DNA from: Anaerolineales bacterium | GTDB taxonomy: Bacteria > Chloroflexota > Anaerolineae > Anaerolineales > UBA11579 | Direction of reading: 5' to 3' | Length of the DNA stretch: 64,000 nucleotides | Assembly: GCA_025450445.1 (NCBI GenBank) | Contig: JANWHN010000055.1 | Location: 1,325 to 65,324 of the forward strand | Notes under the pieces: generated by a model | The model's input: only the letters and a program-made list of their open reading frames with translations | What the model was told of the DNA's origin: nothing | The model's database searches: none | Program-made: the position numbers and the translations under genes | Shown here: one piece after another, positions 63,596-64,000 of the stretch | Layout of the letters: the number at the start of each line of letters is the position of its first letter | How positions within the stretch are numbered: position 1 is the first letter of the stretch

Positions 63596-63952
63596 ATGCC
63601 GAAAGTTTTTTACACCGAGCGCGATATCGAAGACCTTGCTAAGCAAGGGGTCAAATCTATCAATGTCAATGACGACGTCGTGGTGACTGACGCAGCGCGC
63701 GAGAAGGCTCGCCGGGTTGGCGTCGACCTGATCGTTGAACGGCCTCCGTCAGCAAGCAAGCCGGCAAGCGCTCCCCAACCAACTGGTGCGCACATGTCTG
63801 CTCCATCTGCGCCAACCCGGCCCGCGCAAGAAAGCACCGGTGATCTGGAAACGCGCGTCTATAACTCGGTCAAGGCGCGCCTCAATGGGCAAGTAGATGA
63901 CGCCCTGTTGCGCACCATCGTGCAGCGCGTGCTCAAGAGTCTCGGCCGCTAA
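63596..63952 (+). CDS. Small BMC-associated protein: EutQ-N-terminus-like module, Pro/Ala/Ser linker, C-terminal encapsulation-peptide-like helix
   Basis: FYTERDIEDLAKQGVKSINVNDDVVVTDAAREKARRVGVDLI resembles, from memory, the N-terminal 45 aa of EutQ. The C-terminus is DDALLRTIVQRVLKSL. Confidence 0.6.
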   Translation: MPKVFYTERDIEDLAKQGVKSINVNDDVVVTDAAREKARRVGVDLIVERPPSASKPASAPQPTGAHMSAPSAPTRPAQESTGDLETRVYNSVKARLNGQVDDALLRTIVQRVLKSLGR

Positions 63953-64000
63953 TGCTGTTCGGCCGCGTGCGCGGGGTCGCGATCAGCACGATGAAATATC
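63952..64000 (+). CDS. Start of a second BMC-P (EutN/CcmL) gene, truncated by the window end
   Basis: TAATG overlap; the translation MLFGRVRGVAISTMKY matches the M..(A/G)(K/R)V.G.V..T.K start of EutN/CcmL proteins. Confidence 0.65.
   Translation, partial: MLFGRVRGVAISTMKY

Overview
This is a chromosomal, mostly housekeeping window from a moderately GC-rich bacterium. Thr/Pro-rich TPTPT linkers, two LytR-CpsA-Psr genes, a fused cytochrome b, and -10 boxes only 6-8 nt from start codons suggest Chloroflexota (Anaerolineae-like). That assignment is inference, not a search result. I call about 72 protein genes, 4 tRNAs (Ser-GGA, Arg-GCG, Ser-GCU, Ser-UGA) and about a dozen hairpin terminators. 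I see no rRNA, CRISPR array, transposase, integrase or phage genes. Gene blocks in order: PBP1A-like gene, aminotransferase, RecD2, aldo-keto reductase, LCP; folP-folK; a PAP2/nucleotidyltransferase operon; ilvE; a cysM-mec-cysO-trx-moeZ sulfur-carrier cysteine operon; LmbE, rplS, murI; an acyl-CoA carboxylase operon; a Rieske/cytochrome b/dihaem cytochrome c cluster; yabE-like gene and rsmA; suhB-like, HD and hutI genes; roadblock plus V4R; ppm1-like GT2 plus a membrane glycosyltransferase; surE; an envelope cluster (ECF sigma, anti-sigma, lipoprotein, TPR, LCP); a tRNA cluster; kbl, coaE, cdaA, cdaR, der; and a bacterial microcompartment (BMC) locus that runs off the right edge. Findings I rank highest: (1) a 15-codon leader ORF with three Cys codons, embedded in a terminator/antiterminator, directly upstream of the cysteine operon. 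(2) A sulfur-carrier (CysO/ThiS-like) protein whose Gly-Gly end is fused to a membrane domain, next to a JAMM protease. (3) A roughly 55-65 nt two-hairpin element present four times with compensatory stem changes, once abutting a tRNA and once between BMC shell genes. (4) A deoxyribose-phosphate-aldolase type (SPU-like) BMC locus in which four cargo proteins carry similar amphipathic encapsulation-peptide-like helices. (5) An ECF sigma/anti-sigma pair whose extracytoplasmic sensor domain is paralogous to the C-terminus of the adjacent Cys-loop/TPTPT lipoprotein. All functional calls come from motif recognition by eye. No database search was run.
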